Assembly: GCA_036782995.1 (NCBI GenBank)
Contig: DAIPXZ010000001.1
Location: 1 to 64,000, forward strand
DNA from: Bacillota bacterium
GTDB taxonomy: Bacteria; Bacillota; Clostridia; Saccharofermentanales; Saccharofermentanaceae
Direction of reading: 5' to 3'
Length of the DNA: 64,000 nt
In this document: in pieces, positions 17,179-26,764 of the stretch
How positions within the stretch are numbered: the first letter of the stretch is position 1
How the letters are laid out: the number at the start of each line of letters is the position of its first letter
Notes under the pieces: model-generated
What the model saw: the letters and a program-made list of their open reading frames with translations, nothing else
Database searches by the model: none
Told to the model about the DNA's origin: nothing
Program-made: the position numbers and the translations under genes

Positions 17179-17289
17179 CACAAAAAACGAGGTGATACGT
17201 CGCATTTTGCCGTTGTATCTTTCAATAAATTTGGCACATTTCACATAGAGACACGGACAGGAAATGCTTTTCTCGCGCGGAGAATAATA

Positions 17290-18270
17290 TCACTTCTTCG
17301 TTTTCTCCTGCTTGGCTTCAGGGTTTCGTTCTCCTTGTAGGAGTTTTGTCGTTGAAAATACTCGAACCGCGTCCCAAAGCTCTCTTCGCCTTGTCGATTG
17401 TAAATGTGGGAATGCACGCAGGAAACGCTTCTGTTCTTTTCCGAGTGCGGCGTATAGTGTGCGCAACCGGCCCTCAAGGGATGCTCTCTGTTCTTCGTCG
17501 TCTGATTTATTCCGGATTTCATCAAGATACTCCTTGGCTTCTTCAATTCGAAGCTTCGCCCCATCGATTCGTTGCCTTGTTCCTTCGGAAAGAGCGTCTT
17601 TCTGATCCTTCATCGCCGCCACAAGAACATCTTGCTTCTCCTTCACGGTTTCCTTCGTCTTTTCCGCCTTGGCAAGTACGGTCAATGTGCGATCAGCAAC
17701 ACCCGCTCCGATTTTGTCGGAAACGTTGTGTAGTGCCGTCGCCACTTCCTGAATTTGCGCAATACGACGATTCATCTTGACGACTGCCAATACTGTCGCG
17801 ATGAGGTCTGCGAGGAAAACGGCACCAAAACCGCTGTTAATAATCCATAGCACGTATTCCGGAAGCGGGTTCACAGCTGCATTGATAATCGGATGTACGA
17901 CGTCGACAACGAGGACACATGCGAGACCCCAAAGAATGGAAAACGAAAGGCAAATATATCCGCCAAGATTGAACTTTTTATCGGAGTAATCCCACCATGT
18001 TTGGTGAAACAGCTTCTTCATTAGGAACCCCCCAACGAGCTCGACCGACGTGGTTAATAAACAAGATACGAGGAAAAGTAATGCCAGATTATCCTTGAAA
18101 GGATTAATTACAAGAAGAACAAGATTGACACCAAATCCGTAAATCGGGCAAACCGGTCCGAACAAGAATCCACGGTTCACGAATTTGCCTTCTTCCAAAG
18201 CCGCATAAGCAACCTCGGTGCACCAGCCGATAAAAGCGTAAACAAAAAAGAATAGTACAAACTTCGCCAT
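17290..18270 (-). CDS. membrane protein (CmpB-like / putative ABC-transporter type IV family) with a charged coiled-coil C-terminus
   Basis: The N-terminus MAKFVLFFFVYAFIGWCTEVAY...GPVCPIYGFG has 4-5 TM helices. The C-terminal ~150 aa are rich in E/K/R heptad-like sequence. The family assignment is from memory. Confidence 0.5.
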   Translation of the reverse strand: MAKFVLFFFVYAFIGWCTEVAYAALEEGKFVNRGFLFGPVCPIYGFGVNLVLLVINPFKDNLALLFLVSCLLTTSVELVGGFLMKKLFHQTWWDYSDKKFNLGGYICLSFSILWGLACVLVVDVVHPIINAAVNPLPEYVLWIINSGFGAVFLADLIATVLAVVKMNRRIAQIQEVATALHNVSDKIGAGVADRTLTVLAKAEKTKETVKEKQDVLVAAMKDQKDALSEGTRQRIDGAKLRIEEAKEYLDEIRNKSDDEEQRASLEGRLRTLYAALGKEQKRFLRAFPHLQSTRRRELWDAVRVFSTTKLLQGERNPEAKQEKTKK

Positions 18271-18353
18271 CGTTTCTCTCCCTAATCATTATTTATTCAT
18301 TATATCGCATGATTCATGGTAAAATACACGCATGAATCAAGGAGGGGAAATTC

Positions 18354-19025
18354 ATGTATCGTATTTTTGTTGTAGAGGATGATGAAATCATCGCAAAATC
18401 ATTGGCATCTCATTTGGAGAAATGGAATTACGAAGTCATTTTAGTAAATGATTTTTCTAAAGTAGCTGAGGAATTCGTTGCCGCAGAGCCACATTTGGTG
18501 CTCCTTGATATCGTCCTTCCCTTTTTTAATGGTTTTCATTGGTGCACTCAGATACGCCAAATCTCAGATTTACCCATTCTTTTTCTCTCGTCGGCATCGG
18601 ACAACATGAACATGGTTATGTCGATGAATATGGGCGCTGACGATTTTGTTGCGAAGCCCTTTGATTTGAACGTCCTAACGGCAAAGATTCAGGCACTTTT
18701 ACGCCGCTCCTATTCGGTTACACAAACGATGAATGTCATCTCTCATGGTGGCCTTCTCCTGAATCTCTTAGACAATACGCTTGAGTCTAACGGGCAGAAA
18801 ACTGACCTTACCAAGAACGAATTTAAGATTTTGCAAACGCTTCTCGAACAAGCCGGTCGGATTGTATCTCGCGAAGTATTGATGGAGCGCCTCTGGGAAA
18901 GTGACAGCTTCGTCGACGACAATACGTTGACCGTCAATATGACACGCCTTCGCAAAAAACTACGTGAAATCGGGCTTCCCGATTTCGTCAGCACAAAGAA
19001 AGGACTCGGATATATCATTGACTGA
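18354..19025 (+). CDS. OmpR-family response regulator (BceR-like)
   Basis: MYRIFVVEDDEIIA...LVLLDIVLP (receiver domain) and a C-terminal winged helix ...LTVNMTRLRKKL...GLGYIID. Confidence 0.9.
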   Translation: MYRIFVVEDDEIIAKSLASHLEKWNYEVILVNDFSKVAEEFVAAEPHLVLLDIVLPFFNGFHWCTQIRQISDLPILFLSSASDNMNMVMSMNMGADDFVAKPFDLNVLTAKIQALLRRSYSVTQTMNVISHGGLLLNLLDNTLESNGQKTDLTKNEFKILQTLLEQAGRIVSREVLMERLWESDSFVDDNTLTVNMTRLRKKLREIGLPDFVSTKKGLGYIID

Positions 19026-20058
19026 ACACGACACGAAAAAAGCAAAGAAAAGGACGATTCTCTCGTACCTTCTACGTCTGATATGGGCCGACAAGTATTC
19101 GTTGACCTGTGCTTTAATTTGTAGTGTCATCTGCATTTTCGTAATGCTCCTTTATGGTGTCTATTGGGAAGTCATCGCTTATACAATGCTCCTTTGCTTC
19201 ACTTCTGTCCTTGCATTCCTCATTCTTCGCTTTATTCGTCTATGGAATAAACATAATGATTTGCAAAGACTTCTTCTAAACATCGACGCCTTGCTCGGCG
19301 AATTACCGCGTTCTTTTTCTCCACTGGAAGATGATTATCAAGAACTACTTGTTGCGCTCAATCAAGCAAGAAGCCGTTCCGCGACTGATTTTCACACTGC
19401 ACAACAAGAGATGAGCGATTACTACTCCATGTGGGCGCATCAAATAAAGACCCCCATTGCCGCAATGTCATTGATGCTACAAGACATGGAAGACGGCACC
19501 GCCAACAAAAATGAGTTGGTAGCACAGCTCTTTTCCATCGAGCAATATGTAGATATGGTCATGCATTATGTGCGAATGGATTCGATTCATTCCGATTTAG
19601 CCTTTGCTTATTTCCCCATCGATAAAGTAATTAAAGCAGTGGTAAAGAAACATGCGAGGTCCTTTATCTATCGGAAAATCGCTCTTGATTACGAAAAGCC
19701 TGACGACCGCGTGTTATCCGACGAGAAATGGCTGGGATTCGTGATTGACCAGGTGCTTTCAAACGCGCTGAAATACACAAAAACGGGTAAAATCCGCATC
19801 TATATGAATGATTCAATGACTTTGGTGATTGAAGACACCGGCATCGGTATTCGCCCCGAAGATTTACCCCGCGTATTCGAACGTGGATATACTGGGTTTA
19901 ACGGTCGAGCGAATAGTAAATCCAGTGGCATCGGACTCTTCCTCTGCAAAGAAATCATGAAACGCTTGGGACACTCCATCACTATTGAATCAACGTTGAA
20001 CCAAGGAACAAAGGTTTTCTTGCACCTTTCCCGTAAAGAGCTAAATGTCAGTGACTAA
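19018..20058 (+). CDS. intramembrane-sensing histidine kinase (BceS-like)
   Basis: Two TM helices are separated by only about 3 residues (…LLYGVYWEVIAYTML…). H-box SMWAHQIKTPI. ATPase motifs DTGIGI and GIGLFL. The probable TTG start at 19018 overlaps the RR stop. The track ORF begins at an upstream in-frame ATG (18964) inside the RR gene. Confidence 0.8.
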   Translation: MTEHDTKKAKKRTILSYLLRLIWADKYSLTCALICSVICIFVMLLYGVYWEVIAYTMLLCFTSVLAFLILRFIRLWNKHNDLQRLLLNIDALLGELPRSFSPLEDDYQELLVALNQARSRSATDFHTAQQEMSDYYSMWAHQIKTPIAAMSLMLQDMEDGTANKNELVAQLFSIEQYVDMVMHYVRMDSIHSDLAFAYFPIDKVIKAVVKKHARSFIYRKIALDYEKPDDRVLSDEKWLGFVIDQVLSNALKYTKTGKIRIYMNDSMTLVIEDTGIGIRPEDLPRVFERGYTGFNGRANSKSSGIGLFLCKEIMKRLGHSITIESTLNQGTKVFLHLSRKELNVSD

Positions 20059-20093
20059 ATAAAAAACACATTTGAAAAATAAGGATTGTTTTT

Positions 20094-21488
20094 ATGAAGA
20101 ACAAAGAACTATACAAAATTGCTTTGGCCCTCGCCGTGCCGATGATGATTCAAAATGCTATCACTAATATGGTTGGTATGGTCGACAGCATCATGGTCGG
20201 AAGCCTTGGCACCGAAGCCATCACCGCTGTCTCCATTATCGGACAGCTTATTTTCGTCTTTAATCTCGGCATCTTCGGTTGCCTCTCCGGCCCCGGTATT
20301 TTCGGCGCACAATACTTTGGCAAGGGCGACCTCGAAAATGTCCGCAACACTTTCCGATTGAAGCTTTGGCTCTCCACACTCGTGGTTTTACTCGGCACGC
20401 TCGTTTTTATTTTCGGTGGAGACTTTCTCATTGCCCGGTATTTGCGAGGAGAGGCCGCCGACGTCGATTTGTCACTAACCGTTTCCATGGCCAAGGATTA
20501 CCTCGCGATTATGCTCTTCTCATTTCTGCCCTTTGCGTACACACAAGTATACGCAGGTACTCTACGCGAAACAGGAAGCTCCATTCCCGCCATGGCAGCA
20601 GGAATCGTCTCTGTCGTGACAGATATTGTTCTCAATTATTTGTTCATCTTCGGAAAATTCGGATGCCCACAGCTTGGTGTCCGTGGTGCCGCACTCGCGA
20701 CGGTCATTGCTCGTGTCGTCGAGTTTGTCGTGCTCGTCTCTTGGGTGCATTGGAACAAACATCGCTATGAGGTCATTCGCGGTATCTATCGTACCGTCCT
20801 TTTGCCCATTAAGCTCGCTCTCACTATCGTAAAAAATGGCTTGCCAATATTTCTAAACGAATTTATGTGGGCGGCAGGAATCGCAGTCATGACGCAATGC
20901 TATTCCATCCGTGGCATGGATATCGTTCCGGGGCTCAATATTGCCAATGTTTTAATGAATTTGTTTAATGTCGTTTTTATCGCCATGGGAAATGCCGTCG
21001 GTATTCTTTCGGGGCAACGTCTCGGTGCCTCAGAATTCGATCGTGCGAAAAAAGATGCCTTTGCACTCGCCCGATTCACCGGCCTGCTTTGCCTCGGATT
21101 AACAGTCATCTTATTGGGTTTATCCCAGTTCTTCCCGAACCTATACCACACATCAGATCAGGTGCGTCATCACGCGACACTTTTTATCATGATTCAAGCT
21201 GCTTTTTTACCCGTTCAGGGCATACTCAACGCCCTCTATTTCACCATTCGTTCTGGCGGTAAAACCATGATTACATTCTTGTTCGACAGTGTTTATTCCT
21301 GGGTAATTACTGTGCCGATTGCATTTCTTCTTTCCAATTTTACCGGGATATCCATCTTCATCATCTTCACCATCATCCAATGCTGTGATGTGATAAAGCT
21401 CTTGGTCGGCTGGTACCTCGTAAAAAAAGGCGTTTGGATTGTAAACATCGCTAATGCAAAAGGAAGCTCGGAGTCTGCTTCTACTTAA
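20094..21488 (+). CDS. MATE-family efflux transporter
   Basis: 464 aa, 12-TM pattern. The N-terminus LALAVPMMIQNAITNMVGMVDSIMVGSLG is typical of MATE. Confidence 0.9.
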   Translation: MKNKELYKIALALAVPMMIQNAITNMVGMVDSIMVGSLGTEAITAVSIIGQLIFVFNLGIFGCLSGPGIFGAQYFGKGDLENVRNTFRLKLWLSTLVVLLGTLVFIFGGDFLIARYLRGEAADVDLSLTVSMAKDYLAIMLFSFLPFAYTQVYAGTLRETGSSIPAMAAGIVSVVTDIVLNYLFIFGKFGCPQLGVRGAALATVIARVVEFVVLVSWVHWNKHRYEVIRGIYRTVLLPIKLALTIVKNGLPIFLNEFMWAAGIAVMTQCYSIRGMDIVPGLNIANVLMNLFNVVFIAMGNAVGILSGQRLGASEFDRAKKDAFALARFTGLLCLGLTVILLGLSQFFPNLYHTSDQVRHHATLFIMIQAAFLPVQGILNALYFTIRSGGKTMITFLFDSVYSWVITVPIAFLLSNFTGISIFIIFTIIQCCDVIKLLVGWYLVKKGVWIVNIANAKGSSESAST

Positions 21489-22635
21489 CCTTCGGAGGCA
21501 ATTTCAAAGAGGGAATCTTTGGCAATGCCAGACCCTTTTTTCTGTGTTCCTTTAAATTCAGATAGACCAAAATACGAATCGTGTCGATGATGTTTTCCTT
21601 CGTTTTGGCGTCAATTGATTTTGTCGCTTCGAGGATAGAATTCGCCTTATCACGCCACGTATCAGAGATTTCAAACACATTCTCCGTTCTGCTCGCTTGG
21701 ACAATATGGTAAATCGTATCGGCCACCGCGCGGCGTTTTTCGTCAGAAAGCGTCGCCACCCATGCATTCACCGTATTTACACGAATCTCCGCCTGCGGCG
21801 ATACCTCAGACGCATAGATGAAATCCGTCGCACCAACATACCAGGTAAACGGATCGTGTTGCGAAAGCCACATCGAAGTGCTCTCTACGATTTTGTGATT
21901 CGTCGGTATCTCCAAAAGCTGGCCAACCAATGAGGCCTTCGGAATATAATGCTCCACCTTATCACGAATTGGCTCGTATTCGGGAAGCTCGTGTATCGGA
22001 ATCTTGTACCCCGGACCATCAAAAGAATAGACCTTTTCAATTCGTTTCTGCACATCAAGTGGTGCATATGTTGCTGCGTACATCGCGCAATTTCCGCCCT
22101 TTGAATGTCCACCAACGAGAAGCTTTATTTTTTTCGGAAGATGTTTTGCCGCGTCCAAAAGATATGACAGTGCGTCTGCCTGGCAACCGACAGGAAACAT
22201 CGCCGCCATGTTAAAGTCTTCCTTCCATCCAACGAAGGTTCCGTTCGTTCCGCGATACGAAATATATGCCATCTCGTCGTCGATATTGCATGTCACGGCC
22301 GCAAATTGCTCTTCTTTCCCCAGGTCTTCAATCTCATGAAACCGCGTTAATTCAATCAATGAAAACCGTTGGCTTACTCGAATCGCTTCATAAAGCAGAA
22401 AACACTCGTCCGGAGAGGCAATTCTTTCAATTAGCGGAATCGCCGCCTCTTTCGCGGGCAACTCCCTGATGAGAATCTTTGAAGGACAAGGAGACCCTTT
22501 CCTGAGATAGTCCCCAATCACGAGCTCCCAATGGAAATAGCTGATATGAGATAGAATTACAGCATCCACCGAATTAAACGGTAACTCTTCAAAGGTACGT
22601 TGTTCTTCTTCGGCATATTGGATAATACTTCGCAT
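21481..22635 (-). CDS. DUF2974/Mbeg1-like alpha/beta (lipase-fold) protein
   Basis: LLVGGHSKGGNCAMYAA nucleophile elbow. I moved the start to ATG 22635, behind GGAGGG. Confidence 0.6.
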   Translation of the reverse strand: MRSIIQYAEEEQRTFEELPFNSVDAVILSHISYFHWELVIGDYLRKGSPCPSKILIRELPAKEAAIPLIERIASPDECFLLYEAIRVSQRFSLIELTRFHEIEDLGKEEQFAAVTCNIDDEMAYISYRGTNGTFVGWKEDFNMAAMFPVGCQADALSYLLDAAKHLPKKIKLLVGGHSKGGNCAMYAATYAPLDVQKRIEKVYSFDGPGYKIPIHELPEYEPIRDKVEHYIPKASLVGQLLEIPTNHKIVESTSMWLSQHDPFTWYVGATDFIYASEVSPQAEIRVNTVNAWVATLSDEKRRAVADTIYHIVQASRTENVFEISDTWRDKANSILEATKSIDAKTKENIIDTIRILVYLNLKEHRKKGLALPKIPSLKLPPKVK

Positions 22636-22750
22636 CGTGAATCCCTCCACACATCATAAACACTAGAAGTGGTATTAATTTGCAAAATAATTTTACCATA
22701 TTCTCGCCATCATTTTTACGCATTCAATCATTTATCTTATGAATGGTATC

Positions 22751-22795
22751 TCAAACAACAAATAAACAGACCCTGCCATTTCTGGCAAGGTCTGT
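22751..22795 (-). terminator. rho-independent terminator after the bceB-like gene
   Basis: ACAGACC-CTGCCA-tttc-TGGCA-a-GGTCTGT (22766-22795), followed on the minus strand by TTATTTGTTGTTTGA. Confidence 0.6.
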
Positions 22796-22831
22796 TCAGT
22801 AAAGAGAGAATCATTACGTAAATTGGTTTAG

Positions 22832-24814
22832 TTATTTTTCAACGATGCGATAGTATGTTCTCGATGTAATGGCATAAACCAAAGCATAGAGCATAGCAAA
22901 AACCACAATCGTTCCCAAAAGACAGCGAATAAATAGCGCAGTATCAGTCAGGTTTAATAAAGCCAAAAGCTTCACAATGACAGGGTAAGCAAAGGTGATA
23001 TGAACACATGCAGTTGCCAGCGGCAAGAAGAAAACAATCAAAACCTGATTAAGAATCGTCTTTTTGACTTCTCCCTTATCCATACCGACACTTTGTAAGA
23101 TGTGAAATCTTTCTTTATCTTCATAACCTTCTGACAATTGTTTATAGTAAATGATCATAACGGTTGCCATGAGGAATAAGAGTCCGAGGAAGATGCCGAT
23201 AAAGAAGAGGCTACCATATATGGCGAAAAATTCTGAACGGCTTCCCTCTCTTGAGTTAACCCAAGCTCCGGATTCTGTGACCAATAAAGCATCATCTAGC
23301 TCTTCACTGAATGCAAGCTGCTCTTCCTCTGTCAAATCCACATAATCAAAGCTAATCTCATACTGAAAAGGAGCTGTTTCTGTGGTATATGGTCCTCCCT
23401 CAAGGTCATCTAATTCGAGCATTTTGAGCAATTGCTCATCGTCTTTCACGACGCAAACATACGTATCCACCACTGTACGGTCGTCACGGAAAATGGTCAT
23501 ATAATCAACATCCCCAACAATATCGTACAGATAATCGGCGATATGTACATCGTCTTCCTTAAACGAGCCGGCAACCTGGGAAAAAAGCACTTCATCATCT
23601 GCCAATGACACATCATTGCCCGTGCAATGGTTATAGTCATCCTGCGTAAAAATGCATATGCTGCAGTAATTTGTGCTACTGTCGCCTACGGAATCCGTTG
23701 TGAATTGATTGCCGCCCATATAGCCGGTCAAAGAAACGGAAGCCAATTCGATTCTATTTTCAACAGCAACTTCCTTTTCCTCAATGAAGGAATCTACACA
23801 CTCTAGTATTCTATCTCTGGCCTCATGATCTGCCTGAAAAGTATATATCTCCATTTCATATGGATAGATTTGTTTGAGCATGCCATCCATACCGATAAAC
23901 ATAGAGACCGTCGTGGAAAGCGTAACAAGAACGGCAGTAGACAGAATGCAAATGTTGGCAAGTCCGACAGCATTTTGCTTCATACGATAAAGCATGCCGG
24001 AAACATTAGTAAAATGATTTGACTTATAGTAGAACGATTTCCAATTGCGAAGCATTTTGATAAAAGCGATTGACCCAGCGGTAAATGTCGCATAGGTACC
24101 GACCATAACAAAGAGTACAGCAACGAAGAACATCGGTAACGAATTGAGCGGCGTCTTTACGTTTAGTGAAATAAAGTAACCAATACCTAGCGAGACGACA
24201 CCGATAATGGCGAGAAGCCATTTGGTTTTCGGTTCTTTTTCACCCACATTTCCACCACGCAAAAGCTCGACCGGTGATGAGATGGAGACCGTGCGAACGG
24301 TAGTGAGGAAGCTTGCAAAGAAGATTGCTGCAAACATTGCCACGGTAATCAAAATTGATTTGAAATCGAGGGAGAAGCCAAAGTTGATTTTATACCTTAT
24401 CACTCGAAAAAGAATCAAATAAAGAAGCTTCGATAAAAGCACGCCCGCCAGAATACCGGCGCCAATATTAATTCCCGACACAATCAAAGACTCTTGGAAT
24501 ACAAGACGCAACAAATGGCGTTTCCCCATGCCCAAAATATTCAAAAGTCCGAATTCTTTCTTTCTGCGTTTCACAAGAAAACTATTTGTGTAAAACAGAA
24601 ATATGCTGCAAAATAATCCGATTACGATGGTTCCAAACATCAACATAAGCTTAACACTGCTGCCTGCTGGTGCATCCATTACATCCGGGTTCTGTGCGAG
24701 CGAAATCATGTTAAAGAACATGGCAATTGACCCAATAGATGTCAACATATAAGGAAGGTAGGTCTGACGATTGTTCTTGATATTCGTCAGTGCTAAACGC
24801 GTGTACAAGCTCAT
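22832..24814 (-). CDS. BceB-type ABC transporter permease (FtsX-like, 10 TM with a large extracellular domain)
   Basis: 660 aa. MSLYTRLALTNIKNNRQTYLPYMLT. A central ~200-aa soluble domain sits between TM blocks. The start overlaps the ATPase gene stop. Confidence 0.85.
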   Translation of the reverse strand: MSLYTRLALTNIKNNRQTYLPYMLTSIGSIAMFFNMISLAQNPDVMDAPAGSSVKLMLMFGTIVIGLFCSIFLFYTNSFLVKRRKKEFGLLNILGMGKRHLLRLVFQESLIVSGINIGAGILAGVLLSKLLYLILFRVIRYKINFGFSLDFKSILITVAMFAAIFFASFLTTVRTVSISSPVELLRGGNVGEKEPKTKWLLAIIGVVSLGIGYFISLNVKTPLNSLPMFFVAVLFVMVGTYATFTAGSIAFIKMLRNWKSFYYKSNHFTNVSGMLYRMKQNAVGLANICILSTAVLVTLSTTVSMFIGMDGMLKQIYPYEMEIYTFQADHEARDRILECVDSFIEEKEVAVENRIELASVSLTGYMGGNQFTTDSVGDSSTNYCSICIFTQDDYNHCTGNDVSLADDEVLFSQVAGSFKEDDVHIADYLYDIVGDVDYMTIFRDDRTVVDTYVCVVKDDEQLLKMLELDDLEGGPYTTETAPFQYEISFDYVDLTEEEQLAFSEELDDALLVTESGAWVNSREGSRSEFFAIYGSLFFIGIFLGLLFLMATVMIIYYKQLSEGYEDKERFHILQSVGMDKGEVKKTILNQVLIVFFLPLATACVHITFAYPVIVKLLALLNLTDTALFIRCLLGTIVVFAMLYALVYAITSRTYYRIVEK

Positions 24815-25575
24815 GCTGTTTCACCCCCAGACATCATTGCCGTAAGTGTTTCAGAAATCTTAGCATAAAGCTCCGAATTGCTCATGTTACCGCGATACAA
24901 CTGATGGAAAACAGACCCGTCTTTGATGAAAAGCACGCGCTTTGCATGGCTGGCCGCCTTCGTTGAGTGTGTAACCATAAGAATGGTTTGTCCCTTGTCA
25001 TTGATTTCAGAAAATTGAGAAAGCAAGCTATCCGTCGACTTCGAGTCCAATGCACCCGTCGGCTCATCCGCCAAAATAATCCTCGGATTCGTAATCAAGG
25101 CTCTTGCCACAGCTGTTCTTTGCTTTTGACCGCCAGAAATTTCATATGGATATTTCTTTAACAGATTTTGTATTCCAAGAAGCTCCGCAATCGGCTCCAT
25201 CTTTTTCTTCATTTCAGTATGTTTTTCGCCCGAAAGTACTAAAGGCAAATAAATGTTATCGGCAATATTGAGCGTATCTAAAAGATTGAAATCCTGGAAC
25301 ACGAAGCCCAAGTTATTTCGACGGAAAGCGGCAAGTTCTTTTTCCTTAATGGAAGCAAAGCTCTTTCCCATCAACTTCACCTCACCGGTGGTCGGCTTAT
25401 CAAGAGAAGCCAGGATATTCAATAGAGTCGTTTTACCCGATCCGGATTCACCCATTATCGCTACGTATTCGCCTTCTTCTACAGAAAAAGTTACATCGCG
25501 AAGTGCCTGCACCTGGTTTGCACCAAAGCGCGTCGTATAAATTTTTGATAGTTGATTAACCTCTAAAAGTGCCAT
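24811..25575 (-). CDS. BceA-type ABC transporter ATP-binding protein
   Basis: MALLEVNQLSKIY...GESGSGKTT (Walker A), LSGGQKQR (signature), ILADEPTGALD (Walker B). Start at 25575, behind AGGAGGAA. Confidence 0.9.
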   Translation of the reverse strand: MALLEVNQLSKIYTTRFGANQVQALRDVTFSVEEGEYVAIMGESGSGKTTLLNILASLDKPTTGEVKLMGKSFASIKEKELAAFRRNNLGFVFQDFNLLDTLNIADNIYLPLVLSGEKHTEMKKKMEPIAELLGIQNLLKKYPYEISGGQKQRTAVARALITNPRIILADEPTGALDSKSTDSLLSQFSEINDKGQTILMVTHSTKAASHAKRVLFIKDGSVFHQLYRGNMSNSELYAKISETLTAMMSGGETA

Positions 25576-25682
25576 GTAATGATTCCTCCTTTGGAATGTC
25601 GTATTTCTTTTCTTTACGCTACAAGAATACGATATGAGGGAGGTGGTAACCATCGCTTTACCTTACAAATCGCGCGACTAAT

Positions 25683-25698
25683 CTTACAATATTGTAAG
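25683..25698. promoter_or_regulatory. perfect 16-bp palindrome CTTACAATATTGTAAG, a candidate BceR-type response-regulator box
   Basis: Located 108-123 nt upstream of the bceA-like ATG. The half-sites TTACA-N4-TGTAA fit the TNACA-N4-TGTAA architecture I recall for BceR-like regulators. Confidence 0.5.
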
Positions 25699-25777
25699 GT
25701 TTCTCCTCTTACGTTTATCTACAATACGTTCGCGCGAGTTGTCTTCCTACGCATACATGGCATTCATCTAAACACGC

Positions 25778-25807
25778 AAAAAAGCCGCACATTTCCCCTA
25801 ATGCGGC
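25778..25807 (-). terminator. rho-independent terminator after the lipoprotein gene
   Basis: GCCGCA-12 nt-TGCGGC (25784-25807), followed on the minus strand by TTTTTT. Confidence 0.55.
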
Positions 25808-25851
25808 CTCTGCTCCATAAACACAAACTCTCCGGAGGAAGAGCGGATGGA

Positions 25852-26502
25852 CTATATTGTTCCAATGATATCTTGCATTCCCCCAACATCAATGGAAAAA
25901 GCAATAATCAAGATGTTTGTTTCGTAATCACACTCGAGAACCATGGGAAAAAGGGAATCATTCACAATTAGCTCCATGCCATTCTCATCACTATTATCCT
26001 CGATATCGCTTGCATCATAGCAGTCGAAGATAAATGACTGTGCGTGATATTCAGCGCCCACCTTGCGGTCCTCATCTGTCGGGAATCGGACAACGTAGTA
26101 GTACTGAGAAGAATCCGAGACACTGGTTGCAACAAAGCCTTCACTCATATCAAAACCTAATGTGTCAGCGGTAGTAGAATTTCCTAAATCTTCAACGATA
26201 AAGTCCTCACTTTCGAGTAAATCTTTTATCGATTCCATCTCCAATGAGTAAACCTTCTCATTCGGATCATTGGTCGGCTCTGTCTCGCTAGGATCAATCG
26301 TTTCTATCGTGAAACTCGGCTCCTCTGTTTCAGTAGCCCGTTGGCGTTTCGTCGTCTCCTCGACAGTAGTCTCTATCGTGGTTTCTCTTCTTTCTCTTCT
26401 ACTACTTGAACCTTCGTCTTCATCGTCGCGCCTTACATTACAGCCTGACAAAATCACTGACGTAATCAGTATTCCGGAAAGTAGTAGCATTTCTTTTTTC
26501 AT
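25852..26502 (-). CDS. lipoprotein of unknown function
   Basis: MKKEMLLLSGILITSVILSGC has a signal peptide and lipobox, followed by an acidic Ser/Thr/Glu-rich linker and a ~130-aa domain. Confidence 0.6.
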   Translation of the reverse strand: MKKEMLLLSGILITSVILSGCNVRRDDEDEGSSSRRERRETTIETTVEETTKRQRATETEEPSFTIETIDPSETEPTNDPNEKVYSLEMESIKDLLESEDFIVEDLGNSTTADTLGFDMSEGFVATSVSDSSQYYYVVRFPTDEDRKVGAEYHAQSFIFDCYDASDIEDNSDENGMELIVNDSLFPMVLECDYETNILIIAFSIDVGGMQDIIGTI

Positions 26503-26667
26503 TTCGTTTGTCCCCCCTGTTTCTGGATTCATGATACAAGATAGTAAATGTCAATTCTGTAAATACGAAAATAATTTCACCCGTGTCCGTTGCATTTTGT
26601 TCACAAATTCATTTCGAACATGCAAGGCCCGCTTTGACAGCTTCAATGAATCGTATCTACACACTGC

Positions 26668-26701
26668 AAAAAGAGGCCGCCACGATACTCGTGACAGCCC
26701 C
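26668..26701 (-). terminator. rho-independent terminator after the flotillin gene
   Basis: On the minus strand, GGGGCTGTCACG-agtat-CGTGGCGGCCTC (12 bp including 3 G-U pairs) followed by TTTTT. Confidence 0.5.
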
Positions 26702-26764
26702 TTAATGTTATTTATAGAAGAGTAAGGTAATGATGGTATTTGTAAGTTACATAGATGCGACGAT

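Noticed and set aside
20094-22650. Convergent 8-nt overlap of the MATE and DUF2974-like gene ends, considered as a regulatory antisense arrangement
   Set aside because: Short convergent overlaps of stop regions are common in compact genomes, and no additional structure is seen.
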